Origin: Macrostomum lignano
Taxonomy: Eukaryota
DNA length: 64,000 nt
NCBI GenBank assembly: GCA_002269645.1
Contig: NIVC01001380.1
Location: forward strand, 62,001 to 126,000
Direction: 5' to 3'
Shown: positions 25,573-38,100 of the stretch, piece after piece
How positions within the stretch are numbered: the stretch's first letter is position 1
Layout of the letters: the number at the start of each line of letters is the position of its first letter
The notes under the pieces: model-generated
Database searches by the model: none
Told to the model about the DNA's origin: nothing
What the model saw: the letters and a program-made list of their open reading frames with translations, nothing else
Made by a program: the position numbers and the translations under genes

Positions 25573-26566
25573 CATTGATTTTGTCGAAGGTTTCATCGGT
25601 GCTTACAGAGAATAATAATAGTACAGGCGGACAGAAAGGCACCTTTGGGTTTGCTTTTGAGGTTGAGTTGTGACCATTGTTTGGATGCCCAGCCCAAGTG
25701 CGATAACGTGGTCGGCTTACTGCTATCGCTATGTAGTAAGTCGCGTAGGCATCACTCACAAAAAAAGTGGGCAGTGCGAGAAAAAGGGGCACAAGGCAAT
25801 AAATAGCAATCCCAGGCCTGGAGCGACGAAAACAGAAAACACGCACTGGCCAGCCAATCAAAACCCCGCCTGGCGGGAGGGTGCAGCACCCGCACCAAAG
25901 CCGGCCCGGCCGCAGCCAATCAACGCAGAGCACGGGGCAGGGCGCACAGTTGGGGAGTGGCACGCATAAAGCCCAGCGGCCAGCCAGACCTTGCCACACC
26001 CCAACCCCCCAGCCAGCCCCAAAGTACATCGTGCCCTGCCAAATAGACAAGGGCAGATGTACTACACAATTGTAAGAATCAAAAATGAAAGACAAAGTAA
26101 ACAAAGTATATTTTACATCAATGATCAAAAGGCATATTATTTATTAATCATCACCGATAGAATATCGATTAGAATAAAATGGACTCGATGGACAGAGGTT
26201 AAATCCGCAAGCAAGCACAACCCAACCTCACGCAAACCCTCGCATCATTCACAATACCAGGACTCCTAAGGCTCGTTCTCATCGCCAACAAATGCAGAAG
26301 CTATTTTTTACTTCTTTTCGTTGCTTTATATTCGTATCTAAATCTTGTAAAGCGTGAAAAGAAGACAAGCGGACACTTGAAAACCTGCATTTGTTAATTT
26401 ATTAAATATAGTGTAGTCTTATTAAGATAATGCTGATGGTGCTTGTGTTTCGGTGTATCTTCTGTGTTATATTCATTATGTTTGCTTCTTCTATAATCTG
26501 TGCATAGCTCGAGTTAATAGGATAGTTTTTGTTTTGCATACTACTAGTATAAATAGCGTAGTTAGA

Positions 26567-26881
26567 CTGTTTAAAGGCCAAGGGGACAGCGACATTGTCA
26601 CACAACCGGCGAGAGGCATTACTGCCCATTCCGCCGACTCGGCGGGGATACGTGACGCAGTCACAGGAGTGTACAGCGGCCCTAACTGTATAATTTATCG
26701 TTAGGCATGTACACTTAAGGGTGTTGGTCCTCAATGGCGTCAATTGTACAAGCAGAGCCAAGCCGAGATTTTCCAATTTGGTCCCAAATTTGTGTGACTG
26801 CACTTGGAATCGAGCCTGGGCCGCTGGCGCATCAGAGCGCCGCGCTTGACCACTAGGCTACGGCCCCATCTCCCCAGTAGT
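26567..26881 (-). mobile_element. tRNA-derived SINE (family B)
   Basis: Head GGGGCCGTAGCCTAGTGG...GGCTCGATTCC; body homologous to 55640-56022; possible TSD GTAGTTAGA (26558-66, 26882-90). Confidence 0.78.
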
Positions 26882-26964
26882 GTAGTTAGAATTCAATTAT
26901 GCTAGCTTGTATTTATAACCGAATTTCTGCTGGAACAACAACAAAAACAATAGCATTAGATCGA

Positions 26965-29900
26965 ATGGCTTCAACAACAGAAGCTGGGCCTGAGAATGAA
27001 GACAGCGACGATCAAGATCTTGTCGGTGACAGTTGCTGTTGCGCCTGCTGTCATACCTGCGCTCTGCTGTTTCCAATGCTACTAGTAGCAGCCTTCATAT
27101 CTGGCTTATCGCTGGGCGCTCCCGGCCCAACTCTGCTGGCTATTGAGCACGCCACCCGATCCCGAGAGGACCAGGCTGTATTATTATTCTCTGGTCGAGC
27201 TGTCGGCGCGTTCTGCGGCGCGTTGCTAGGCAGATTCTTAGCCGATTTTGTGTCGCCTCGAACTCTGATTGGCTGCGGCTTGGCCACCGCTGCGGCGGGC
27301 AATGCCATGGTGCCTGCCTGCGTGCACATCTGGTCCTTGATGCCGGTATTCGCTGTACAGGGCTTCGGAGTCTATCTGTGTCTGAGTGCAGTGTGGGCCG
27401 CTGTGAGGCATCGGTGCTGGAAGCAGCAGAGTAGCAGCGGCTATTTGAGCAGGCGAGCTCTGTTGGCCTGTCTGGCCGCTGGCATGCTGCTGGCTCCGCT
27501 GGTGGCGGCCCCGTTTGCTCAGCCGGGGCCTGGCGGTTTGGTGCCCGGTCAGAGTCAACTCACCGTTTTTGCTCTGTATAAGGGTTCTTTCGATACATAT
27601 CGGCTCTTTTTTTAATTTTTCGCTTTACCAAGCTACAAGGCGTGATTTTCAGCAGTGACTGACTGACTGACTGACTGACTGACTGACTGACTGACTGACT
27701 GACTGACTGACTGACTGACTGACTGACTGACTGACTGACTGACTGACTGACAAACTGACAAACTGACAAACTGACAAACTGACAAACTGACAAACTGACA
27801 AACTGACAAACTGACAAACTGACAAACTGACAAACTGACAAACTGACTGACTCACTGACTCACTGACGATTAAAGATTCTACTCAAAGTAATATTTTTTT
27901 CGATACATATCGTCAAACCGATTTTTCACCCGCTCGCTCCTTGCAGGCAATGCAACTGTACTTGACGAGCACCGGCCAATACATTTGATGGGCGTTCGAG
28001 TTCGAAGGGCAATAAATTCAAGCATAAATGCTACTACCACAGTGGTTGAATCTAACGTTACCATGACAACAATAGCTGAGGAGCAAAGTTCTAGTTTATT
28101 AAATGCTACAGTTTCGCCATTATTGTCGCTGACAACTCAAATTCCAAAGCCGCCCGTGCAGCGGCAGCAGAAATTACAGCCGCCATTATCAAAGAAACCT
28201 GGACTGGCTGATGGCAAGCATTTGGATCAGTCTTCTTCTGTAGCGGATGGCAGCAGGCATGGACGGGTGTTGAAGCTTCACAAAGAGCAACAAAGACTAG
28301 GCAGTATTAATCGGGTGTCGGCTGTTTCGCAGAAATCAATTATTAATAATCAAATAAAGAATAATACGCCCATGGTAACGGCAGCCTTGCCAACCGTATC
28401 GAATAACAACTCTAATAATAATGAGTCAGTAGCAACTAACGACACCTTAGTTATTAATGATCACTATAAAAGTAATAGTTCCAATAATACGATTAACAAG
28501 TTGTCCATAGCAGCCGTTGCCATGACTACACCAGCGGCAACTACTGCGTCCGAGTCAGACAATAAAGAATCAACAATCGGTAGTAGAACGACTTTTGAAT
28601 CAAGACTATCGGTAACTACAAAGACTAGTACAGCTCGTAAAGAGATTGCATCTACAATGGCAACTATTACAGATAATAAATCAATAAATAGCAGTTTAAA
28701 CATGAATGCAACCAGTGAGTCTACTACAAATACTGCTAAATTGATCACGGCGCTATCCGCTCTGTTCACTCGATGGCGCCGGTTGGCGCCAATCTACGGC
28801 ATCTACGGCGCATTGGCGTTCGTGTCTTTCATCGGCGCCGCACTGGCGGGCGTCTGCGCTCTGGTCTGCTGGCGCAGACCCTACGATCTGTTTCCTAGCG
28901 ATCAGAATTCTTGGTCGGGCGAATTCGAATCTGTAGAGGTGGAAGGCGGTTATTCAACGGAAATGCAACTTGATGGCTTAAGCGACGAATTCGATGAGTC
29001 GCTGGTGTCAGCGTTGCCTGAGCAGGCGGCGCTGCGACTCTGCCTGTTCATAGCGGCGTTCTGCCTGCACAGCTTAGAGGTGACCCTCGGCTGCTATCTG
29101 TTCAGCTATTCGATTAGATATTTGCACCTTACTGTGCTGTCGGGCCTCACGCTTGTCTGCCTGTTGTACGGCGGGATGCTGGCAGCGAGTCTAGTCGCCT
29201 TCGGCGCCGGCGTTTGTCTGCGCTGGTCCAGGTCCTACCGGCTGCAGCTGGGCGCTGGGGCTGCCCTGCTCTGCTGCGGAGTGGCCTGTCTGTGGCCTTG
29301 GGGCTCTCGGTGAGCGTTCTGGCTGGCTGGCTGTCTGTCTATCTTAGTGTCTGTCTGTCTATCTGTCTGTCTGCCTGTAGGACTCTGTAGTATGTAAACT
29401 TGTCTTTCCTTCCGAGACTTTCTATCCGATTGTCTGGTGCTCTGAATTCTATCTATCTATCTTATTGACTGTTTATAGCTGCTTGTCTCTGCTAAGTGTC
29501 TGCATTTTTCCCTTGTCATCGTGTTCCTCACTCCTGCATCTCAATTTTAGCTGGCTGTGTCTGGCAGCCCTACTGACCGGTTCTGGACTGGCCCTGCTGT
29601 TGCCAGCTCTGGAGGACGCCTGCGACATTTGGCTTCTCGTATCAGCTGAACTGGTCGCACCTGATGCCAGTGCTGCTGCTGCTCCGCCTGGGTCTCTGTC
29701 GGCATCTCCTCCTGAGGAAACTGAAGCTCCTGGGACAGCGGCTGAGACAGCTGTAGTGTCTGCAGATGCAGCATCTGCAGCGCCAGCCAACTCTGCCAAT
29801 GACCCGTCAGATCACAACAACAATGCCGACAATAAACCGGTCGAAGCTGGCGTCGCCTTGCTTTCGCTTTTGCAGCAGCGACGGCAGGGAATTGAAGCCA

Positions 29901-30160
29901 GGCGTTGCGCCGCCAGCTTCTTGGCCTGCGGTCAGCTGACTGGCGAGATGCTCGTGCCAGCGTTCACCGCCTACTTGCACCGGGTGACCTCCAGTCCGCT
30001 CGTGTTGGTCCACGTGTCCATCTTGTTGGCCTGTCTGTCTCTGCTGTCTGTTGGCGCCACCTGCTACATTGGCTGGTTCCACCTGGTCGGCAGTCAGGCA
30101 GAGGAGGAGCAGCAACCGGGATACAGGAGTCTGGCACAGGATGACACTAATGAGGACTGA
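26965..30160 (+). CDS. MFSD4A/B (NaGLT1)-like major facilitator transporter. Exons 26965(or 26899)-27547, 27947-29309, 29551-30160.
   Basis: About 12 hydrophobic helices. SLGAPGPTL, FSGRAVGAFCGALLG and GMLLAPL resemble MFSD4. The phase-1 and phase-2 junctions are compatible. Confidence 0.82.
27656..27865. repeat. Compound microsatellite (GACT)n-(GACAAACT)n, MFS intron 1
   Basis: Seen directly. Confidence 0.97.
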
Positions 30161-30246
30161 TTGAGGACTGTTTCCTTTGCTCATTGATTGCTCTTGATTC
30201 TGTTTATCATCACAAAGCCTAAATGTCTAGCATCCAAATTTACAAA

Positions 30247-30570
30247 TCTAATAATAATAATTATTATTATTAGATGGGCAAGTGTGCAACCGACAGCTCA
30301 GCCGCAGCTATTGTGCGTCGCATCTGAAGGCTGCGTACGGCTGTTCAGTCCAAGGACTGGGGGGTGGGGGGTGGGGGGTCACCACACATACCGTCAATTA
30401 CCCCAGCTAATGCTTGGCACCCATTTTACAGCTGAGTTAACTGAAGCAACGCAGATTTTTGCAATGCAGAGTCTTGCTCAACAAGGACACAAGTTTTTCC
30501 GATTGGGTCGAGAATCGAACCCCCGACCTTCTTGTAAAATCGTAGCTTCACCCTTGCGAGCGTAGGCTTA
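30247..30570 (-). mobile_element. SINE family A copy
   Basis: Shares CGAACCCCCGACC, AAGGACACA, CACCCATTTTAC and GGCTGTTCAGTCCAAGGACTGG with the other copies; (AAT)n tail. Confidence 0.75.
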
Positions 30571-31809
30571 AAAACGTCATTCTATTAGTACAATCTATAT
30601 AATAATACGCTTATGAAAGTCTGCTTGAGTATACTTTTACACCTTATATACAGTTTGTTTTTGAAGTCACTTTCGGTTGGAGTCAAATTTTTTCCTTGCA
30701 TAAGCGCCTCGTGTGATCCCATGACTTCATGCCTTAATTATAGCCGTTATGTATAACTCTATAAATGGCGTTAAGCCGGGTGAATCACAGGCTAAAAATA
30801 GCATAGGAGTGCATGACGTCATAGTTTGTACTCGTAGATTATCGCCGAACAAGTAACGTACTTTGCCATTGTCCCTATAGTACTTAAAATTGAGCCTGAT
30901 TTTAAATTTCTTAGCGACGTTAATAACATCTTAAACAGATCAGAAGTTGAGACCGTCTGCGTTATTTGAGAGTCCCAGTATGAGTCAAAACTTTATTCTA
31001 TAAGCCTTGCCGTATTTTCTGCTCCTGATAGAACTTCCATTATTGTGCATTCATTTTCATGGAAAAATTTTTTTTGCTTCTTTCAAAAATAGGATTTTAC
31101 AGAATTATATGCTTTTGATGCCCGTATATTTTCCTATTTTGGTATTTTGGCTTACTTTCACTTTTTATTGCTTTTACACAGCCAGTTTATTTTATGAATC
31201 ATAGTTGATATTTTTGTGCTGATATGTTTTACTCAATGGTGGTGCCAATCTCTTATTGCTTCGTTTCCTAGCCTACAAAGTCTCTTATTTTGATCTTATT
31301 ACTTTGTGTTTTACAATTAACTTAAGAAAATCTTCCTAGTAATTACACTAAATAGTGCGCGAAGTGCACAATGCAATTTGGCAGTTTTGCTTCTTCTGTT
31401 ACTGCCTGGCAATTTGTTTCACTTGCTTGAGATGAATTATACATTAGCAGCTAGCTTGGTTTTTTGCTTTTTGTCAATTTTATCTCCAGTCACAAGTCTG
31501 GCTCGCTCGGCTCGCACCGGGTGCTCTGGCCATAGACTATAAATTAAAAGCGCATCACCGAGCCGCTCTCGCCAGCCCAGCCACCCCAGTGCGTGTGGCT
31601 TCGTACAGTCAGGCTATGCTGGGGTGAAGCCGGCTTTAGTGGACTAACAAGACAATTTATATTAGAGATCCTGAGAGAGAAAGAGAGCGAAATACGTTAA
31701 GATCGAGACGAGTAGAATCTGGAGGACGGCAGGAGTAGCGACTGCTACGAGTAAACAAGATAATTTTTGAATCGGCCATATTGACAGGGACCTATAATAA
31801 ATCAGCAGC

Positions 31810-34113
31810 ATGTCTGGCAAAGACTCCATCCAGCTAGGCAAGATGAAGGTGAACGCCAATCAGAGCGGCTGCTGCGGCGGTAAGGCCAACGAGAACAGCG
31901 CCGAAGTGCCCGAGATCACGCCGCCGCACATGGTCAAACCGAAAAGCGGCGATAGCGGCATCGACGAGCGGACGAAGGTGCGCAAGGAGAACGAAGACAA
32001 GGAGGCCAGGAAGGCCCGGCTTGCCGGCGGCGCCCTGGCCAAATCGCTGCTCGATGACTCCAAGGCGGAGCCGCTGCCGCCTAGGATTCGACGACCGGGT
32101 GAGACCATCCATCCAACTTGGAAGCCGGCGCCGCCGCCACCAAAGATGGCGCCATTGCCACCGCGCGGCGCCAAGTACAACGAAGCACTGGAGCATCATC
32201 TTAACCATCTGCCCTTCTACAACCACAAGCGATACGACCGCGTCGGCATCTTAAAGCGCATCAAGCGAATCAAGCCGCTTCGTGGACTGCTGCAGAACGG
32301 TCGTTATTTCATCGACAAAGATCGTCGGGCAGAATACGACCCTCGCATGGACCCGCAAGCGTTAGAAAAATACCTCAAGCAGCAAGAGAAAATGGGCCGT
32401 CGCTATCGCGCTGAAGGTCGCGTCAATCGCATCGTGGAGCTCTTTATGGACAAGGTGATGGGCTGGGGCACCTCCCGGGACCTGCTGCCGCCGAAGTCAA
32501 TCGTCCGTGGCAGTCCCTACTGCTTTATGTGGCTGGGGCCGCACTTGGCCAGGAAGATGCTGCACCAGCTGTGCGCCCCTCGCGATCCGACTTTGCTGTT
32601 CGAGACGATCACCAAAGAGCCGGAGGACAAAGAGTTTTATATTATCAATCGACTGCCGGTTGACTCGTTTTTCAAGGACAAGGAGAACTTCTACGGAATG
32701 CTCTCGCAGTACGTTCTCAGCCCGAATTTGGTGTGTAAGGCCCGCTCAGTTGATGAGTGCCTCTACCTAGCCAGCTTAAAAGAAGACTGTCAAGACCTGG
32801 AGTCGAAGGGGCTTGTCACGCGCCGTACCTGCGTTCACCAGAATCTGTCGCTCTCGCTGAAGCCGTGCCTCGTGTCCAACTGTCCCAACTATGAGAAGCA
32901 AGTCTGCTCGCATCTGTACGCCTTCATACCGGAGACCATCACATTGAATTCGTACACATCGATGTTACATTTCTCCGAACGCTTCCAACGCGTCGAAGAT
33001 TTAAAGGGCACCATCTTTATCACGAAGCCCGCCTACCTATGCAACGGTCGCGGTATCAAGTTCATCGTTGAGCTGGATCAATTTGAACACTTTTTTCACA
33101 TGCTCGACGGCAAGTCGACCACTCGTCACGGCGTCGTACTCCAGCGCTACATTGAATGCCCGCGCCTGTTCGACCGTCAGAAGTTCACAATTCGGTTCTT
33201 TCTGCTGATCATCGTGCTGGAGAAGCGCCGAGTTCTTGGCTTCATCCACTACGGCATCGCCATTTTCGCCCGGCTGCCCTACGAGACTGTGGAGCGCGAG
33301 GACTTCCTACCCGAAGAGGAAGCCAAAGAGGGCAAAAAGCCGAACTTGGACATCCCCATCACCAAGCGCTCGATCGGTCGGGTTACTACGGATAAGTTTC
33401 CTAGCGAGTCGCACCTGACCAACTATATGAGCCCGGCTCGCAAGGCCCGCATTAGGCAGGACATTTTCACGGGCCGAGCAAAGATGATGCAGGCCGACAG
33501 GGACAATGCATTCTATCTGGAGGAAATCCTGCCAAACAAATGCAACAACACCGCGTCAATCTACATCCAGATGCTGTTTGTGGGCCAGTGCATTTTAGAC
33601 TACATGCAGCCTATTGTGCAAGACTTTGCCGGCACCTTCCAGACTATCTCCATTGATTCACTGGTCGATGCGCGCAACAAACTTTGGGTACTGGAGGCTG
33701 GCACTAACATCTTCTCGGGACTGCTGACAATCGCGCCCAGGCAGCGCCAGATGATGTCCGCCATCATCCAGGAGTCAGTTGGCATCACCCTGGAGTGCGT
33801 GTACAAAACTCGCAACAATCTGCCTCTGTACTGGGACTACATGAACGACCGGGAGGACTACGACGCCATCTATTTCTCGCAGGACTTCAACTTATTCTAC
33901 GAGACCGAATGGTCCAGACAGTCTGGCGCGATCTTCGAGCGCCGGCCGCCACCCAAGCACCTGCTGCTGGAGGAGCGCTACGAACAGGTTGACAATCAAC
34001 GAGCCGCCGCGGCGGACAGGCGCGTGTTCAACTTTGAAAAGAAGAAGTCAATCGTTAGGAAGCGCGAGGAGTACATCGCCATGGTCAAAGCCAAGCACGA
34101 GGAAGAGTCTTGA
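31810..34113 (+). CDS. Intronless tubulin-tyrosine-ligase-like (TTLL, ATP-grasp) protein, 767 aa, divergent
   Basis: Uninterrupted ORF with FITKP, NGRGI, VLQRYI, KFTIR, HLTNY and IDSLVDARNKLWVLE, in the order expected for the TTL domain. Confidence 0.85.
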   Translation: MSGKDSIQLGKMKVNANQSGCCGGKANENSAEVPEITPPHMVKPKSGDSGIDERTKVRKENEDKEARKARLAGGALAKSLLDDSKAEPLPPRIRRPGETIHPTWKPAPPPPKMAPLPPRGAKYNEALEHHLNHLPFYNHKRYDRVGILKRIKRIKPLRGLLQNGRYFIDKDRRAEYDPRMDPQALEKYLKQQEKMGRRYRAEGRVNRIVELFMDKVMGWGTSRDLLPPKSIVRGSPYCFMWLGPHLARKMLHQLCAPRDPTLLFETITKEPEDKEFYIINRLPVDSFFKDKENFYGMLSQYVLSPNLVCKARSVDECLYLASLKEDCQDLESKGLVTRRTCVHQNLSLSLKPCLVSNCPNYEKQVCSHLYAFIPETITLNSYTSMLHFSERFQRVEDLKGTIFITKPAYLCNGRGIKFIVELDQFEHFFHMLDGKSTTRHGVVLQRYIECPRLFDRQKFTIRFFLLIIVLEKRRVLGFIHYGIAIFARLPYETVEREDFLPEEEAKEGKKPNLDIPITKRSIGRVTTDKFPSESHLTNYMSPARKARIRQDIFTGRAKMMQADRDNAFYLEEILPNKCNNTASIYIQMLFVGQCILDYMQPIVQDFAGTFQTISIDSLVDARNKLWVLEAGTNIFSGLLTIAPRQRQMMSAIIQESVGITLECVYKTRNNLPLYWDYMNDREDYDAIYFSQDFNLFYETEWSRQSGAIFERRPPPKHLLLEERYEQVDNQRAAAADRRVFNFEKKKSIVRKREEYIAMVKAKHEEES

Positions 34114-35145
34114 AAGTATGCTTCTCTGTAATCAAACCAATCTGCGTCTTTTGCGTCTCTGACTCTCATCAGTTTTTGTTACGCCTCTCTTGTGTTGAAT
34201 CGGAGCGCAAAAAACTTTCAACTCTCGCCCACGCATTGACTGACGAGCAATTTCCTTTGAGCTTTTCTATTTTCACTGATATTATTATTCGCAGTCAAAA
34301 ACGGCTTGGAGCAATGACGGAACGTTTTCCAAGAATAGTCTGCTGGGCTGGTAAAAACGGCCGAGAGCCGGAAAAAATAAACGTGGCGAGAGGCGCGCAG
34401 AAGGGAAATATTTTTCATCAACTCCTTATTTCTTGACAAATTTTGTTTACGTTCATTCATTGTGTCTTCTCTGCTTTTTTAAAGTTTAATGGAGTAAGTT
34501 TTATGGAGAACAGCCAACAAATCATGCATAAAACTCGTGTCAATTTCGTCGATCGTACCGTATTTAAAGTTGATTCCTTGTATATTTAGACTTAACGTGA
34601 CTCAATAATCCTAGTGTAGCAAATTAAGGCCACTGGTACATTTATCAAGAGGAGAACAAAGACAACATGCATGATGCACCGCAGTGTCACCATTGGGCGG
34701 GCGCCTCTGTGCCCGCCATCCTCAGCCAGCAGGCTTTCGACTGAGGGTGCCTGCATTGCCTGATTGGCACGTAGCTATTGAGCTCTTCAAGTCTTCTTGA
34801 TCAAAAAAGTCCGACGCACTTCTCAACGGCAACTAGGCAAATCCACTGCTAGTTTGGTTTCGCTTGGGCGCAACACTTGTGATGGGCTTTAGACAGGAAT
34901 ATTATGGTAATTAATCTTAAGACCTCATTCCACTTTAAAAGCTTCTGAAATGTCTGTCTAAAATAAGATATTCCAACCCGCAAGGCCAGCTGAGGACAGC
35001 AGGGCGAGTTCGTCGGCTTAGTCAAGCACGCTGAGCGACTTCTCTGGTTTTCGTCGACCCATGCATCGCCGCAGCAGAATAGAATCCTGGAGTCGTCCTG
35101 CCTGTCGTCCTACCGGGGTCGGCTGTCCACGCTCGGCTGTTCGCA

Positions 35146-38100
35146 TCAGCGGGACTGCCTGTTCCGCGGCGGCGCGAACTGCTGTACATGTCGGCGCCCT
35201 TTGAGCGCGCGGTAGTAGCGCCGCGTTGGCCGCTTCAGCAGCTGACGGTGGATACGCGTTCTAAGATATATTTTTACTGTCAGTGAGCGATTTTTTGCGC
35301 AACACGTTGAAGAAATTCGGTTAAAATTCTTTTCTTGCTACTCATTAGTAAGCGATCTCTTATGTTTTTCAAAGCACATTAGAATCATTGAGACTGTTGT
35401 AAGTTCAAGACTTGTTGAAGTCTTTTAACTAAATTTACTAATATGGTCTTACATGTAGGTCAACGCACTTTAACGGTTCAGCATTAAATAATAACTTATT
35501 TGAACGTTATATCGCCTCATGATAACTTGGACTCCTATTTAGTTAAGTAAACCATTTTCTCTGAGACAATAATCAAACACTTATTAGAAACGAAAATCCA
35601 TGAAACAAGCTGTCACAACAGACAGTAGCAAACAAAAGCCATTCTATTTTTTTCGAAAGTATGAAAATAAAGTAAACAGAAAATCTCGGGAAATGTTAAA
35701 AGTTCAGTTCCAAATTTTAGCGCCAATAATGATTCACTTTTCTGTCTGAGCTAAAATTTTGACACTGTGCAGTTGCATTAGCAAATCCAGGTAGACAGCG
35801 GAATCGATCCCGGGACCTAGTCGGTCGGTCAGCACGCTGATGCCGCACTGACGCAGCAGTTCGATGAGTTGAGACGAGTAACTGGCCTGCCGTTCGCTGG
35901 TTTCCAAATCCGACACCTTGCTGAAGAACTCTCTATTAAACGTTCGATTTTGCATCTTTTTGGCGGCCAAATTTGAGTTGGTAATTCTCGAACCGGCTGG
36001 CACAGCGCTGGCATTCTTCAGCTTGGCACCCTTCGACTTTGAGGCCGATTTGCTTTTAGCTGGCGATGCTTTAGCGGCGTCTTCGGCCTCTTCTTCCCCA
36101 ATGGTCTCGCCGTTTTCAGCTGCGGCTTTGGCTCCTTTTGCTCCTTTTGCACCTTTGGCTCCTTTGGCTGCTTTTGCACCTTTCGCACCTTTGGCACTTT
36201 TTGCTGGCGCAGCTTCTGACGCCTCTTCGTCCTCAGCATCTGTCTCCGCATCTGCCACGGCTTTCGCTCCTTTTGCACCTTTCGCACCTTTGGCTCCTTT
36301 CGCGCCTTTTGCACCTTTTGCACCTTTGGCACCTTTTGCTGGTGCAGCTTCTGGTGTCTCCTCTTCCTCACCATCTGTCTCTGCATCTTCCGCAGCTTTC
36401 GCTCCTTTTGCTCCTTTTGCTCCTTTTGCACCTTTTGCACCCTTCGCACCTTTCACACCTTTGGCTCCTTTTGCACCTTTGGCTGGCGCAGCTTCTGGTG
36501 CCTCCTCGTCTTCGACATCTGTCTCTGCATCTTCCGCAGCTTTCGCTCCTTTTGCTCCTTTTGCTCCTTTTGCACCTTTTGCACCCTTCGCACCTTTCAC
36601 ACCTTTGGCTCCTTTTGCACCTTTGGCTGGCGCAGCTTCTGGTGCCTCCTCGTCTTCGACATCTGTCTCCGCATCTTCCGCGGCTTTCGCTCCTTTTGCT
36701 CCTTTCGCTCCTTTTGCACCTTTGACACCTTTTGCGGCTTTCATTCCTTTGGCGCCTTTTGCTGGTGACTTCACTGCTGCAGCTTCTTCGTCCTCCAATT
36801 CGGCCTCTGCATCTTCTGCTTCCGGCGCCGCGCCTTTGGCACCCTTGGCGCTCTTGGCGCCTTTTGCACCTTTCCCGCCTTTAGCACCTTTCGCACCCTT
36901 TGCACCTTTGGCGCCTTTAACTGGCGAAGACACTTCCGCTTCAGCATCCGATTCGAGACCTTCATCTCCGCTCAAATCATCTGCACCGACAGTCTTAGCC
37001 GCTTTCATTCCTTTGGCACCTTTGGCACCTTTTGCACCTTTGGCACCTTTTGAACCCTTTGCACCCTTGGCGCCTTTACCTAGCGAAGGGACTTCCGCTT
37101 CAGCATCCGACTCGAGTCCTTCATCTTCAACCACACCGTCTGCAGTTACGGTTTTAGCCGCTTTCATTCCTTTGCCGCCCTTAGCACCTTTGATACCTTT
37201 AGCACCTTTGGCACCTTTTGTTGTTGACATCTTTTCCGTCAGGTCTTCGTCTGCTGCGGCCGCCATCGCCTCCTCCAATACCTTTCCATCTTTGACACCC
37301 TTGGCTCCTTTTTCTCCTTTAGCAGCTTTGCCAGCCTTTGCACCTTTGGCACTTTTCGCCGATTTACCTGTGTCCGCTTCCTCGACTTCCTCAGCCGGCT
37401 CTTCTACCCCCTCTGAAGCTTTAGCACCTTTTGCACCTTTGGCATCTTTGACTGCAGCTTTGGCCAGCTTCTTGCCCGCAACCGCTGATGAGTTGAACAG
37501 TGGCGCAGCGGCTGTCGAGCTAGTCTGTACCATCGGCGCCGGAATCGCGGCGCGCTTGGAAAGACCGGTTGACCCTAATTTGGCGGTGGTGGAGGCTGCG
37601 CCAAGACCGAACGAGGTTGATGTGGTCAGGCGACCTGACGCGACCAGGATTCGCTTGCTCAGATAGCCCAGAACGCTTGTGGTCCTCAGCGCCGGGTCCT
37701 GCCAGGTGAGGGGTTTTTAACAATGCTTTTTATTGATGGCAATAAATAGTTGATTACACCTGCCACAATGAGCAGATTTGCAACCGACAAACAGCGCATT
37801 TGAAGGCTGTGCAAAGGCTGTTCAGTCCCATGGACAGCTAATGCTGGCACCCATTTTACGGCTTGGGTGAACTGAAGCAATGCAGAGTTAAGTGTCTTGC
37901 TCAAGGACACAAATTGTTCCGAGTGGGATCGGGGATCGAACCCCCGACTTTCAAGTTGAGTCTGACGCTCTAACCATTAGGCTATCATCCCACTACAATG
38001 CTTTTTAGTTTAACTTAAAACATACGAGCGTAATGCGTACATGTTTTACAAAAATTAAAACTGAGAAACACTCGTTCTTAACCCTAGACTGCGTCTTTAC

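Noticed and set aside
26795-26870. tRNA-like sequences (also at 22081, 37920-37990, 43610-43680, 55640)
   Set aside because: These are heads of SINEs: imperfect cloverleaf, followed by shared SINE bodies, tails and TSDs. They are not called as tRNA genes.
35918-37666. 582-aa plus-strand ORF (APFAPFAP...)
   Set aside because: Antisense shadow of the GAK-repeat exon. The repetitive codons simply lack antisense stops, and the splice and homology support is on the minus strand.
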